Origin: Enterococcus phage 9183
Strand: one strand, 5' to 3'
Sequence record: MT939241.1
DNA length: 64,000 nt
The translations under genes and the position numbers were made by a program. This document shows, one piece after another, positions 18,549 through 28,091 of the stretch; position 1 is the stretch's first letter; every line of letters begins with the position of its first letter. Below the pieces are notes generated by a model that was not told the origin of the DNA, made no database searches, and saw only the letters and a program-made list of their open reading frames with translations.

Positions 18549-19121
18549 ATGATTGAAAACGAAGCTCTAGGAATTGAAAGAACTTTTGTTCTTAGAAAAG
18601 CCTACGAAGAAATTAATCGAGGTGTTGTAGGGGAACCTATCTTAGTAGCATTTAAAGATAATATGACAAAAAAATTTAATAAAGACAATTTATACCTATA
18701 TGCATATGATGCTTTTGGTTTACCCCACTTAACACCTGGTGATCTTGTGTTAGTTCCTGCTATTAAACATGATAATTATGAGGTAGTTAAAGTAATTGCT
18801 ACTTACACTGATATGCTTAATGATGAACGCCTTTTCAACAAAGCGCTTTATTCAATGGAAAAAACAAAAGAAAAAGGTTTGACGGTACGACCTGTTATTA
18901 CTAATATTCAACAATCAATTAGTGATTATCATCGACGTCTTCAAATCACAAAAGAAAAATTGATCAAAATTGAATCATTGAAACGCGAAATTGAAAAAAC
19001 TATCACTTTAGATAAAGTAAAACATTTCGCCAATTACAATCCTAATATAAAAGAAATTATGGATGAATTTAATGAAGATGAATTATTTAATCTTTTAGGA
19101 GGAGACATTGATGTTAAATAA
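18549..19121 (+). CDS. hypothetical protein
   Basis: 190-aa ORF with RBS AAGAGG. Confidence 0.55.
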   Translation: MIENEALGIERTFVLRKAYEEINRGVVGEPILVAFKDNMTKKFNKDNLYLYAYDAFGLPHLTPGDLVLVPAIKHDNYEVVKVIATYTDMLNDERLFNKALYSMEKTKEKGLTVRPVITNIQQSISDYHRRLQITKEKLIKIESLKREIEKTITLDKVKHFANYNPNIKEIMDEFNEDELFNLLGGDIDVK

Positions 19122-19398
19122 AGGCGAAGTTTATGTAGGTAAAGTAGGTACGTCACAAATTTTATTCGAGGTTGCTTTTGCCTACGATAACGATACTTAT
19201 AGCGCAGCACACGCTATTAGACTTGACAACGAAATCAATAATGAAAGCGTCGTTGTCTTTAATCATTCAAACGATGTTGTGATTTCATTATTTGACGAAG
19301 GAAAAGTTCGTGAGGCTACAACTAGAGAAATAATGATTTATGCTGAAGCTGTAAAACTTTACGATAAATTTTATAATGAAACGAGTTTACGAAAGTAA
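19108..19398 (+). CDS. hypothetical protein
   Basis: 96-aa ORF with RBS GGAGG. Overlaps the stop of the previous gene. Confidence 0.5.
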   Translation: MMLNKGEVYVGKVGTSQILFEVAFAYDNDTYSAAHAIRLDNEINNESVVVFNHSNDVVISLFDEGKVREATTREIMIYAEAVKLYDKFYNETSLRK

Positions 19399-19414
19399 CT
19401 CGTTTTGATATAAT
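19381..19414 (+). promoter_or_regulatory. hairpin acgagtttacgaaagtaactcgt plus promoter TTTACG-N17-TGATATAAT (terminator and promoter fused)
   Basis: The -35 lies in the hairpin loop. T-rich run of cgtttt. RBS AAGGAG follows. Confidence 0.5.
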
Positions 19415-19439
19415 ATAAAAAGATTTAAGAAGGAGAGAT

Positions 19440-19661
19440 TTGATGAATTTTAGTCAAGCTTTTGATACCGTCAGTCAACGAGAAGGAACGTTTATGCGTT
19501 TGCCTCAATGGAAAGAGGACGTAAAAATTCGTGCTCAATTTCCTGATGAATACAGTAAAATGAGTCATCCTTACCTATATGTGGAATCGCGTTTTGGTAA
19601 TGTACCTTGGATTCCAACACAGGTTGAAATGTTTTCAAATAAATGGGAGGTAGGAATTTAA
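19440..19661 (+). CDS. hypothetical protein
   Basis: 73-aa ORF. Confidence 0.5.
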   Translation: MMNFSQAFDTVSQREGTFMRLPQWKEDVKIRAQFPDEYSKMSHPYLYVESRFGNVPWIPTQVEMFSNKWEVGI

Positions 19662-20404
19662 TGAGAAAATTTGAAGTAGTAAGTGCCTATAAGGACAAAG
19701 AAATTAATTTGCCAATGCGAGCAACTCCTCATTCAGCAGGTTATGATTTTGAGGCTGCAGAAGATATTGAAATCCCTTCATTCTTCGTGGGTGTTCGTCA
19801 GTTGATGACATATATTGAGGATAGAATCGATCAATCAAATAATCATCCAATGGATGAACGAACATACGAAAGGTTGATGAGATATGAAGAAGAAACTGAT
19901 GAAATATCTAGACACCTATCTGAATATGAACAGCTTCCTGTTGCATATGTTAAAGAGCTTTTATCGTTAATCGATGATATTCTCGACGATGATGAAACTT
20001 CATGCTTAGAAGCTGTTGAAGATTTCCGTAAAAAATTAAAACCTACGTTAGTTCCTACAGGAATTAAAGCTTGCATGCATAAAGATGAATTTTTAGGATT
20101 ATACAATCGTTCTTCAAATCCATTAAAACGAATGCTCGTATTGGCAAATGGCGTTGGAGTTATTGATAGTGACTATTACGATAATGAAGACAACGAAGGC
20201 CATATCATGTTCCAATTTATTAATCTAGGATTCCTTCCTGTAAAGATTAAGAAAGGCGAACGAATTGGGCAAGGTATCTTCCAAAAATTCTTAACAGTTG
20301 AGACAGTTGAAGAAACGCGTGAAGATACAAGAAGCGGTGGTTTTGGTTCAACAGGTGTTGACGACACTATTCCTGGAGAAATGTTTGAAAAAGAGGTGCT
20401 TTAA
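19661..20404 (+). CDS. dUTPase-family dNTP pyrophosphatase with a roughly 100-aa insertion between motifs 1 and 3
   Basis: Motifs SAGYDF, VIDSDYYDNEDNEGHI, RIGQGI and RSGGFGSTG. ATG at 19661 after GGGAGG is preferred over the track start at 19643. Confidence 0.6.
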   Translation: MRKFEVVSAYKDKEINLPMRATPHSAGYDFEAAEDIEIPSFFVGVRQLMTYIEDRIDQSNNHPMDERTYERLMRYEEETDEISRHLSEYEQLPVAYVKELLSLIDDILDDDETSCLEAVEDFRKKLKPTLVPTGIKACMHKDEFLGLYNRSSNPLKRMLVLANGVGVIDSDYYDNEDNEGHIMFQFINLGFLPVKIKKGERIGQGIFQKFLTVETVEETREDTRSGGFGSTGVDDTIPGEMFEKEVL

Positions 20405-20704
20405 TTGGAAAAATTTGTTGTTCATATTTTCTATAATAAAGAATTAATCAAGAAAGATTTAGTATTAGGTATCGCTGATCAAATTTCTAATATAAAAGTC
20501 AAAGACATTGAGCTCGTTCCTAATGTAATGGATATCACTGAAGATGAAGTAATGCGTGAAGCTTATGGAATCTCTCGTGAATTGAAGCGCATTACTGCTA
20601 TCGTTCTTGATGTAAAAAATAATGAATTATTTAGGGCTGAAGGAAATAATTCTACTTCAATTCTTACAACAATTCAAATGGGGTTAAATAATTATGAAAG
20701 ATAA
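20405..20704 (+). CDS. hypothetical protein
   Basis: 99-aa ORF with a TTG start. Confidence 0.45.
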   Translation: MEKFVVHIFYNKELIKKDLVLGIADQISNIKVKDIELVPNVMDITEDEVMREAYGISRELKRITAIVLDVKNNELFRAEGNNSTSILTTIQMGLNNYER

Positions 20705-21293
20705 TATTTGCTTTGTTCTTGCGGGAAAAACACTTTCTGGCAAGACAACTTTACTAAAATATCTTGAAGAGAAAAAAGGTATTAAGCGTTTCATTACGAC
20801 AACGACAAGACCTCCTCGTCCAGGTGAAATAAATGGGGTTGACTATTTCTTCATTAGTGATGAAAAATTTAATTCATTGATGAAAAAAGATTTAATCGTT
20901 GCTCCTAATTTTTACCAACCTGCTGAAGAAACAGGCAGCTCAATTTGGTCTTATGGGCTAGATGCAAATCTTCTTAAAAATAAAGGAAGAACTTTAGTTG
21001 TCACTGAAATCAAAGGAATTATTGACTTGCAAGATTACTTTGGTAAAAAGAACGTATATGCAATTTATCTTGATGTTTCTCGAGAAAAACAGTTAGAACG
21101 TTCACAATTACGTAATGAAAAATTCACTGAAGAAAAAATGCGTCGTATCTTAGCTGATGATGAAGCATTTGATAATATCTTCCAATACGCTGACCTCGTA
21201 TTGAATGCCGATGATTCAATAGAAGTAAATGCTGAAAGAATCGCTTCTTATATTGAATACGTCGAAAATTATTATAGGAAATTTCGCAACTAA
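20694..21293 (+). CDS. guanylate-kinase-like nucleoside monophosphate kinase
   Basis: P-loop AGKTLSGKTTL and TTTRPPRPGEINGVDYFFIS match the GMP kinase signature. Confidence 0.6.
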   Translation: MKDNICFVLAGKTLSGKTTLLKYLEEKKGIKRFITTTTRPPRPGEINGVDYFFISDEKFNSLMKKDLIVAPNFYQPAEETGSSIWSYGLDANLLKNKGRTLVVTEIKGIIDLQDYFGKKNVYAIYLDVSREKQLERSQLRNEKFTEEKMRRILADDEAFDNIFQYADLVLNADDSIEVNAERIASYIEYVENYYRKFRN

Positions 21294-21878
21294 GTGAAAC
21301 AAATGAAAATTGTTCTGCCAATCCCTCCTTCTGTAAATGGATATCTTTACCCTAAAATGATAAGAATGGGCGGAAGAATGATAGGAAGATTGGCAGAAAC
21401 AGTTGAGTCAAAAGAATATAAGGCTCATATCATTCCAATTATTAAGAAAAGAATAAAAGAAGAAAATTGGAAGCAGCCTGAACCTGGAACATTCGTTGAC
21501 GTTAAAATTGATTATTTTTTTCCTCGTAAACGAATGGATCCTTCCAATTATCTTAAGGTACCATATGATGCTTTTACCGCTGCAGGAGTATGGGGTGACG
21601 ATGATATGGCTAAACCTCAAACAGGTTTAGTGATAATTGATAAATTTGATCCTCGCATTGAGATAACTGTTTCAGTTTCTGATCAAAAAGGAATCTTCAA
21701 TAATAAAAAAGATCGTGATAGATTTATAACTAAGTATATGAACATGATCCCTAAACGATCATTTGATGCACTCCTTCGTAAACTTGATGAAGGTCGAGTC
21801 ACTGAAAAGGTATATTTGACGGATAAAAACAAAGTGGAGGTAAGAGATGAATTTCTTAAGGGAATCAAAAATAAGTGA
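21294..21878 (+). CDS. RusA-family Holliday junction resolvase
   Basis: LPIPPSVNGY and the acidic cluster WGDDD match RusA. Confidence 0.65.
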   Translation: MKQMKIVLPIPPSVNGYLYPKMIRMGGRMIGRLAETVESKEYKAHIIPIIKKRIKEENWKQPEPGTFVDVKIDYFFPRKRMDPSNYLKVPYDAFTAAGVWGDDDMAKPQTGLVIIDKFDPRIEITVSVSDQKGIFNNKKDRDRFITKYMNMIPKRSFDALLRKLDEGRVTEKVYLTDKNKVEVRDEFLKGIKNK

Positions 21879-22230
21879 TTACTTTGCGTTTTTTGCCGCC
21901 ATATTCATTACAGCTGCCCTATTGTCTTTTGGTTTCTATAAGCAAAATATAGATGAAAAGATTAAGCAGCTTGAAGACGACAAGACGACTCTTATCTATG
22001 AAAATAAAGAACTTAAAAAGAAAGATAATTATTTAAGTGACACATATGATGATTGGAAAGAGTCTGCTGGAGAAAAATTAGGATATGGTTCTATCTTTCA
22101 GCTTGAAGGAATTGATAGTGTAAAAGATACGACAATTCTTACAGTTAAAGACACAAAATATGGTGGCGAATATATTATAATAACAAACAGCGATCGTTCG
22201 TTTATGCAAATAACAGAGAGAAAAAAATAG
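21847..22230 (+). CDS. hypothetical membrane-anchored protein
   Basis: N-terminal TM (FAFFAAIFITAALLSFGF). 127 aa. Confidence 0.5.
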   Translation: MNFLRESKISDYFAFFAAIFITAALLSFGFYKQNIDEKIKQLEDDKTTLIYENKELKKKDNYLSDTYDDWKESAGEKLGYGSIFQLEGIDSVKDTTILTVKDTKYGGEYIIITNSDRSFMQITERKK

Positions 22231-22252
22231 AGGGATTACCCCTCTATTTTTA
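22226..22252 (+). terminator. intrinsic terminator
   Basis: Hairpin atagagggattacccctctat followed by a T5 run. Confidence 0.7.
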
Positions 22253-22284
22253 TACATATTTTAGTAAAAATGTACAAAATTTTG

Positions 22285-22313
22285 TTTACAAGTCACTCAT
22301 TGATTGATATAAT
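22285..22313 (+). promoter_or_regulatory. promoter TTTACA-N17-TGATATAAT
   Basis: Consensus match. Confidence 0.55.
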
Positions 22314-22319
22314 TATTAA

Positions 22320-22644
22320 GTGGTCAAAATTAATAAAGAAATTAAAGATCCTCGGAACTTTATCCTTCCTACTTAAACAACATTTGATCGCTTTCATACA
22401 ATTCATTTAAGGTTTTAAAATCAACCATTTTAAGTATAAACTTTTCAATTAAAAAACATTAATAAAAGAAAATTTTCTATATACATTGTTCTTAATAAGG
22501 TTTATAATTAATATGTTGGTTAAAAACACAACAAAGCATTACATAAAGAATCAGTCTTGAAAACCTAGCTTTTAAAGAAGAAAGCCAGATTCAGGTGGCT
22601 ATTTTTTATGCACAAAAATACTATATTAAAGGTGGAAAAATAAC
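22320..22644 (+). promoter_or_regulatory. long (about 330 nt) ORF-free 5' leader of the sigma-factor gene, with a terminator-like hairpin plus T-run at 22592-22618
   Basis: No ORF lies between the promoter and the ATG at 22645. agcca...tggct is followed by attttttat. Confidence 0.4.
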
Positions 22645-23274
22645 ATGACAAAAACATTCTTAATGACAACGAAAACAGGTGCAGTGCAAAAAGATTTTAC
22701 ATTTGAAGAATTATACACCCAGTTCTTTAAGATGATTCAAAAAGAAACTTGGTCAATGGTTAAAGTTTATGGAAACATTATGAAACGAGAAGAAATAGAA
22801 CAACAATTCACGATTGAACTTTGGAACTCATATGAAAAATATGACATCAGCCACGGAACTTGCATTTCAACTTACATCTATAATCGTTTCCAAAAAGCAA
22901 AAAGAGATCTTCTTTATCCACTTATTGGTTCAAGTAAAAGCAAATGGGAAAAGAAAAACACAACTTCATTATCAGCAAAACATAATGAAGATGATCGTAA
23001 TGATCAGTCTAATAAGATGTTTACAAACGATAAGACATATAACCAAATAGTTAGCGCAGAAAATCTTCTTGTGAGTCAAGATTTAATTGAAGCAATCATA
23101 AGCGTTTATAATAGAGAAGAAGATCTTGATCTTATTTTAATCTTGATTGATAAGAAGACTTATTCAGTCGCAAATTATGCAGAAAAATGGGGAATTTCAC
23201 GTGTAGCAGCCAATAATAGATTAAGAAAAATTAAGAAAGAATTGGTTAATGTGTTGGAAGATTTCAAGAATTAA
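22645..23274 (+). CDS. phage-encoded RNA polymerase sigma factor (sigma-70 family, regions 2 and 4)
   Basis: Region-2-like segment IELWNSYEKYD...YIYNRFQKAKRD and a region-4 HTH YAEKWGISRVAANNRLRKIKKEL. 209 aa. Confidence 0.65.
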   Translation: MTKTFLMTTKTGAVQKDFTFEELYTQFFKMIQKETWSMVKVYGNIMKREEIEQQFTIELWNSYEKYDISHGTCISTYIYNRFQKAKRDLLYPLIGSSKSKWEKKNTTSLSAKHNEDDRNDQSNKMFTNDKTYNQIVSAENLLVSQDLIEAIISVYNREEDLDLILILIDKKTYSVANYAEKWGISRVAANNRLRKIKKELVNVLEDFKN

Positions 23275-23301
23275 AATTTTCATATTAAAAATAGACGAAA
23301 T

Positions 23302-23341
23302 AAGCCTGGTAGTTTACACACTACTAGGCTTATGATATAAT
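23302..23341 (+). promoter_or_regulatory. stem-loop aagcctggtag...ctactaggctt embedding -35 TTTACA, plus TGATATAAT promoter
   Basis: 11-bp stem and consensus promoter hexamers. Confidence 0.55.
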
Positions 23342-23375
23342 AAAAATGTAAATATTAAATGAAGGTGGAATATGA

Positions 23376-25313
23376 ATGTCTGACAAAATTAGAAAATTAG
23401 ATGATAGAGCACAAGCACGTGAGAAATTAAGTATTTGGTACGGATCACGTGATAACTTCTATCATGGTATTAAAGAGCTTATCGCGAATGCCGCCGATGA
23501 ATTACGAAATCATGCGACAGATCCGGGTAAAATTGAAGTTACACTTTATGAAGGAAATCGTCAAATTATGGTTAGTGATAACGGACGAGGAATTCGTATA
23601 GGTGGTGAAACTGATGGTGAAAAGAATTATGATCTTTTATTTAGAACATTGTTCGCAGGTACAAAATATGACGTCACTGAATCGGTTACGACAGGAACGA
23701 ATGGTGTAGGAACGACTGTCTTAAACTTTACATCGAAGCTGTTCGCAGTAATGTCTCATTACGATGGTTTCGTTCATAAAGTTCGCTTCAAAAATGGTGG
23801 TGAATTAGATGGGGAATACACCGAAATGAAATTAGAAAAAGGTATGAAAGATGTTCATGGTTCAACTTTTGTCGTTGAATTAGATGAAACTATTTATCCT
23901 CATGTCGAATTTTCTCCTGATAAAGTAAAAGAAATCGTTCAACATTTTGCAGCTGCTACATTAGGCGTAGAATTTACATTTAATTATCTTGATCAAAAAG
24001 AAGTATTTAAATATGAAGACATTCGTGAACGTTTCGAAGAAATGATTGGATCAACATCAACTTCAGCGATCTTTACATTGGGTGAAATTGAAAATGTAAC
24101 ATCAGTTGAAATCGTTGATGGAGATAAAGATGTTGAAGAAAAAAATAGTTACAATATTATGTTAACATCAACTCCTGACGTTTACCAAGAATCATACTTA
24201 AATATGACTTGGCTTGAAAATGGTGGAGCTATTAATGAAGGTATTCTTGATGGTGTTCGTTTATTCATGAATAAGTATTGCCGCACCAATAAATTATTTC
24301 CAGGAAAGATCACCGCATTTTCAAAGGATGATGTTGAATCATCAATTTCTTTCTTAGCTTTCACTGAATCAAATATCGTCGAATTTTCTAACCAAACTAA
24401 GTTAAGTACAAATAAGAAAAAATATAGAGACGAAGCAAAAGATTATGTAATGAATTTGCTCACAGCTGTTTCAATGCAACAACCTAAAGATTTCAAAAAG
24501 CTCGTTGATCATCTTCTTATGGTTCAAAAAGCAAATGGAGCTAACGAACGTGCTCGTCAAAAATTAAAGAAACAGTTAACTGAAAAAGTTTCAGGAATTG
24601 GTAATAAAATTGAAAAACTGATCGACAGTGAAAAACATGGATTAGATGCAGAACTCTTCTTAACAGAAGGTGACTCAGCCAATGGGTCGATCGTTGATTC
24701 TCGCAACGATGAGTTCCAAGCTGCATTTCCTTTACGAGGTAAAGTTCTTAACGTTCTTAAAGCACCACTTGAAAAGATCTTTAAAAATGCGGAAATTGTG
24801 AATATGGTAAAAATCATTGGAACAGGTATCACTGATGGAAAGAAAAATGATTTTGACATTAATAATTTACGCTTTGGAAAAATCATTATCACAACTGACG
24901 CGGATGCGGATGGTGGACACATTGCTTCATTATTGATCGCGTTCATCTATCGTTTCATGAGACCTTTACTTGAAAATGGCCATGTTTACGTAGCACAAAC
25001 GCCTTTATATGAATTGAAGTTTCCTGATGATTCAGTTGTTTACTTTTTAACTGAAGATGAAAAAGAAAAGAACATTGGTAAATATGAAGGACAAAAATAT
25101 GTTATCCAACGTCTTAAAGGATTGGGAGAAGTTGATGCTGAAACAATGGAAGCAACAACGATGAATCCTAAGACGCGAAATCTATTACAATTGACGGTCG
25201 CCGATGGAGAAGCAAATTATGCGATGATAAATAATTGGATGGGTGACGATGTAAATCCTCGTAAGAAATTAATTGAAGAGCAACTTCATAATTACATTAA
25301 CGATATTGATTAA
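23376..25313 (+). CDS. type II DNA topoisomerase ATPase/TOPRIM subunit (GyrB/T4 gp39-like)
   Basis: GHKL-type N-terminus (ELIANAADE, GRGI) and the TOPRIM motif LTEGDSANGS. 645 aa. Confidence 0.75.
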   Translation: MSDKIRKLDDRAQAREKLSIWYGSRDNFYHGIKELIANAADELRNHATDPGKIEVTLYEGNRQIMVSDNGRGIRIGGETDGEKNYDLLFRTLFAGTKYDVTESVTTGTNGVGTTVLNFTSKLFAVMSHYDGFVHKVRFKNGGELDGEYTEMKLEKGMKDVHGSTFVVELDETIYPHVEFSPDKVKEIVQHFAAATLGVEFTFNYLDQKEVFKYEDIRERFEEMIGSTSTSAIFTLGEIENVTSVEIVDGDKDVEEKNSYNIMLTSTPDVYQESYLNMTWLENGGAINEGILDGVRLFMNKYCRTNKLFPGKITAFSKDDVESSISFLAFTESNIVEFSNQTKLSTNKKKYRDEAKDYVMNLLTAVSMQQPKDFKKLVDHLLMVQKANGANERARQKLKKQLTEKVSGIGNKIEKLIDSEKHGLDAELFLTEGDSANGSIVDSRNDEFQAAFPLRGKVLNVLKAPLEKIFKNAEIVNMVKIIGTGITDGKKNDFDINNLRFGKIIITTDADADGGHIASLLIAFIYRFMRPLLENGHVYVAQTPLYELKFPDDSVVYFLTEDEKEKNIGKYEGQKYVIQRLKGLGEVDAETMEATTMNPKTRNLLQLTVADGEANYAMINNWMGDDVNPRKKLIEEQLHNYINDID

Positions 25314-25340
25314 GATGGGTTAAAACCCGTCTTTTTCTTT
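25314..25340 (+). terminator. intrinsic terminator
   Basis: Hairpin gatgggttaaaacccgtc followed by tttttcttt. Confidence 0.6.
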
Positions 25341-25346
25341 CCAATG

Positions 25347-25375
25347 TTTACACTTACTCATTTTAATGATATAAT
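25347..25375 (+). promoter_or_regulatory. promoter TTTACA-N17-TGATATAAT
   Basis: Consensus match. Confidence 0.6.
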
Positions 25376-25407
25376 AAGATAGTAATAAATATAAAGGAGA
25401 TTATGAA

Positions 25408-25665
25408 ATGTATTTTGAATCAAAAGAATTGTCTTTAAAACAAAAGACACGACGAGTAATTGAAATGAGCAATGAGATTAATTCAACATTGGACGTTTAT
25501 CGTTCAATCATGGTGAAATATGAATTAAATAAGAAATTGGAAAAAGAAGATCTCGCTCTTCTTGAAGAAACAATTGAACGATTTGATCGTTCACAATTAA
25601 AATTAGAAGATGTTCTCTTCGGCGTATTAGAACAACATCGATTTTTAGGAGGCAACAATGATTAA
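25408..25665 (+). CDS. hypothetical protein
   Basis: 85-aa ORF with RBS AAGGAG. Confidence 0.5.
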   Translation: MYFESKELSLKQKTRRVIEMSNEINSTLDVYRSIMVKYELNKKLEKEDLALLEETIERFDRSQLKLEDVLFGVLEQHRFLGGNND

Positions 25666-27661
25666 TAAAATTGAAGTAGGATCACATTTAAATAGCGCTA
25701 TGATGGGTATGTCTGCTTATGCATTACTACAACGGGCAATTCCCGATTATCGTGATGGCTTTAAACCTGTTCATCGACGAATCATTACTTCAATGGTTCA
25801 AAATAAAACATTAAACTTCACTAAGTCAGCCACAGTGGAAGGAAGAATCATGCAGCTGCATCCACATGGAGGATCATATGGATCAATTGTTGGTCTTGTT
25901 CAAAAAGATAGAAATAATTTACCTTTCTTAATAGGTAAAGGATCTTGGGGACAAAATACATCTAACGATCATACTCCTGCTGCAGCTCGTTACACCGAGG
26001 TAAAATTGGGCGATAATGCTTTAGAAATCACTAAAGAATTAAAAGAAAATAGTGTTGATTATGTACCTAATTATGATGGGACAATCATGGTACCTGAAGT
26101 CTTACCTGTCACATATCCTTCTATTTTAACACAATCACAAAGCGGGATGGCTATTGGTTTTGCATCATCAACATTGTCTTATAACATTCATGAATTATAT
26201 GATGCTATTGAAGATGTACTCATGATGAGACCAATGAAAACAATTTATCCTGATTTTCCAACAGGTGCATCAATCATTGAAGATGATGAAGCTGCAAAAG
26301 AAATCATTCGCACCGGTCGAGGATCTTTAAGAATGAGAGCGAAAATAGAAGTAGAAGGAAATAAAATTATCGTTCATGAAATTCCTTATGGTGCTAAACG
26401 AGAAGCTATCATCAATAAGATCATTGATTTAAACAAGCAAGGAAAATTGAAAGAGGTAACTGACGTTCGTGATGGAACATCATTTAAAGGAATGAAGATT
26501 GTCGTCACTGTTCGTAAGAATGCGGACATCAAAGAGGTAATCGCAAAGCTTTATAAATGGACAGCTTTACAAAGTTCAGTTTCATCCAACTTAAACGTTT
26601 TGATTGATGGGAAACCTCAAGTCGTCGGCGTAGAAGAATTATTAATTAAATGGCTTGGATGGAGAATGAAAGTAATTCGTCGAGGTATGCAAAATAAGAT
26701 CGATAAAATGATGAAAGAATTAAACGTTTTGATCGGACTTCGAAAAATTACGTCAGTCGATGAAGCAATTAAAATCATTCGTTTTTCAAAAGATAATGAA
26801 GTTGAAGAAAAGCTAATGAAAACATTTGACTTGAATTATGAACAAGCTGAATACATTGGTAAAATGACTTTACGTTCATTAAATGAAGAACGTATTCAAA
26901 AGAAAATTCAAGCGATCGACGAATTGGAAAAAGAAATTGATCAGTTGAAGAAAAACGAAAAAAATGACGGATATATCAAGGAAGAAATTAAACGTCGTAT
27001 GAAAGAAACGATTGAAAAAATTAATGCACCTAAACGTCGTACGAACGTAATCACGATCTCTGAAAAAGAAGAGAAAATCGTTAAGAAAGTTGCTAAACAA
27101 GAAAAAATTGGTAGTGATCACGATGTGACTGTCACAGTTACAAAAAATGGATGGGCATACAAAACAGATCGCTCAGGAAAAGAAAGATTCAAGATTCTTG
27201 CGGGTGACGAAATTCGTTATCAAGTACAAATGAAAAACAATGAAAAATTTACTACATTATTAAATGATGCTCTAGCAGGTTTAATTTGTGTAAATGATAT
27301 TGATGAAACTATTGGAATATTCTTGCCGACGTATTTTGAAAAAGAAGATTATATTGCTTGCATTTTTCCAGGACAAGAAACAAACGAATTACTTTTAGGA
27401 TATAATGATGGGCATATTGTTCGTGTACCTATTGAACAATACTCTGAAGCGTCAAGACGGATTTTAAAAAATGCTTACTGGAAAGACGAACCTTTAGTGT
27501 TAGTCCATCAAATTCGATCAAAAGATTCATCTATCGTCATCGAGTATGATGGAAAGGTTAAAAATATTGACATTGACAAAATAAATGTTAAACAATGGAG
27601 AGCTTCAAGAGGTCAATCTATTGTGAAAGTAAAAGAAAAAGTTGTAATGAATGTAGAATAA
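25658..27661 (+). CDS. type II DNA topoisomerase DNA-cleavage subunit (GyrA/ParC/T4 gp52-like)
   Basis: N-terminus AYALLQRAIPDYRDGFKPVHRRII is the GyrA-box region that precedes the catalytic Tyr. 667 aa. Confidence 0.75.
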   Translation: MINKIEVGSHLNSAMMGMSAYALLQRAIPDYRDGFKPVHRRIITSMVQNKTLNFTKSATVEGRIMQLHPHGGSYGSIVGLVQKDRNNLPFLIGKGSWGQNTSNDHTPAAARYTEVKLGDNALEITKELKENSVDYVPNYDGTIMVPEVLPVTYPSILTQSQSGMAIGFASSTLSYNIHELYDAIEDVLMMRPMKTIYPDFPTGASIIEDDEAAKEIIRTGRGSLRMRAKIEVEGNKIIVHEIPYGAKREAIINKIIDLNKQGKLKEVTDVRDGTSFKGMKIVVTVRKNADIKEVIAKLYKWTALQSSVSSNLNVLIDGKPQVVGVEELLIKWLGWRMKVIRRGMQNKIDKMMKELNVLIGLRKITSVDEAIKIIRFSKDNEVEEKLMKTFDLNYEQAEYIGKMTLRSLNEERIQKKIQAIDELEKEIDQLKKNEKNDGYIKEEIKRRMKETIEKINAPKRRTNVITISEKEEKIVKKVAKQEKIGSDHDVTVTVTKNGWAYKTDRSGKERFKILAGDEIRYQVQMKNNEKFTTLLNDALAGLICVNDIDETIGIFLPTYFEKEDYIACIFPGQETNELLLGYNDGHIVRVPIEQYSEASRRILKNAYWKDEPLVLVHQIRSKDSSIVIEYDGKVKNIDIDKINVKQWRASRGQSIVKVKEKVVMNVE

Positions 27662-27667
27662 GGACAT

Positions 27668-27730
27668 TCTGGGATCATGTTTATTTCATAATAATATAAT
27701 TATACGAACATGATCCTAAACTTATTTTTT
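27668..27730 (+). terminator. long hairpin terminator
   Basis: gggatcatgtt...aacatgatcc followed by taaacttattttttt. Confidence 0.6.
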
Positions 27731-27736
27731 TAATTG

Positions 27737-27766
27737 TTGTAATTTTAATGTCAATCATGATATAAT
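27737..27766 (+). promoter_or_regulatory. promoter (weak -35, TGATATAAT)
   Basis: Extended -10 at 27758-27766. Confidence 0.45.
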
Positions 27767-27813
27767 ATAATAAAGGTAGCAATACCTATTAAATAATTGG
27801 AGTGATCATTTTA

Positions 27814-27990
27814 TGGTACAAGTAAAACGAGTAGCAGGTTACCAACAAGAACAAGAAACACCTCTAGGAGTTTCCGAACATAACCTAGGAAAACAAGTAT
27901 TCACTGAAGAAGTAATTGGAAAAGGTGCAAAAGCTGATCAAGAAGCATTACATCCTACAACAACAACTACTTCAACAGTGGGAGCTTAAT
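27814..27990 (+). CDS. small hypothetical protein (58 aa)
   Basis: RBS ATTGGAG. Followed by a strong terminator at 27997-28021. Missed by the track because it is under 60 aa. Confidence 0.4.
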
Positions 27991-27996
27991 AATTAA

Positions 27997-28021
27997 ATAG
28001 AGCTTCGGCTCTATTTTTTTC
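27997..28021 (+). terminator. intrinsic terminator
   Basis: Hairpin atagagcttcggctctat followed by a T7 run. Confidence 0.75.
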
Positions 28022-28030
28022 ATAAAAATA

Positions 28031-28059
28031 TTTACATCCTATATATTAATAGTTATAAT
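28031..28059 (+). promoter_or_regulatory. promoter TTTACA-N17-TATAAT
   Basis: Hexamers and spacer match the family. Confidence 0.5.
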
Positions 28060-28091
28060 TAAATAGTAATCAATTAAATGGTGGTGAATCA

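Noticed and set aside
25408-25665. Small ORF between topoisomerase II subunits as a T4 gp60-like split subunit with translational bypass
   Set aside because: The upstream GyrB-like protein is already complete (GHKL plus TOPRIM plus tail, 645 aa). The 85-aa product has no resemblance to the GyrB C-terminus, and no take-off and landing codon pair with an intervening hairpin is visible.
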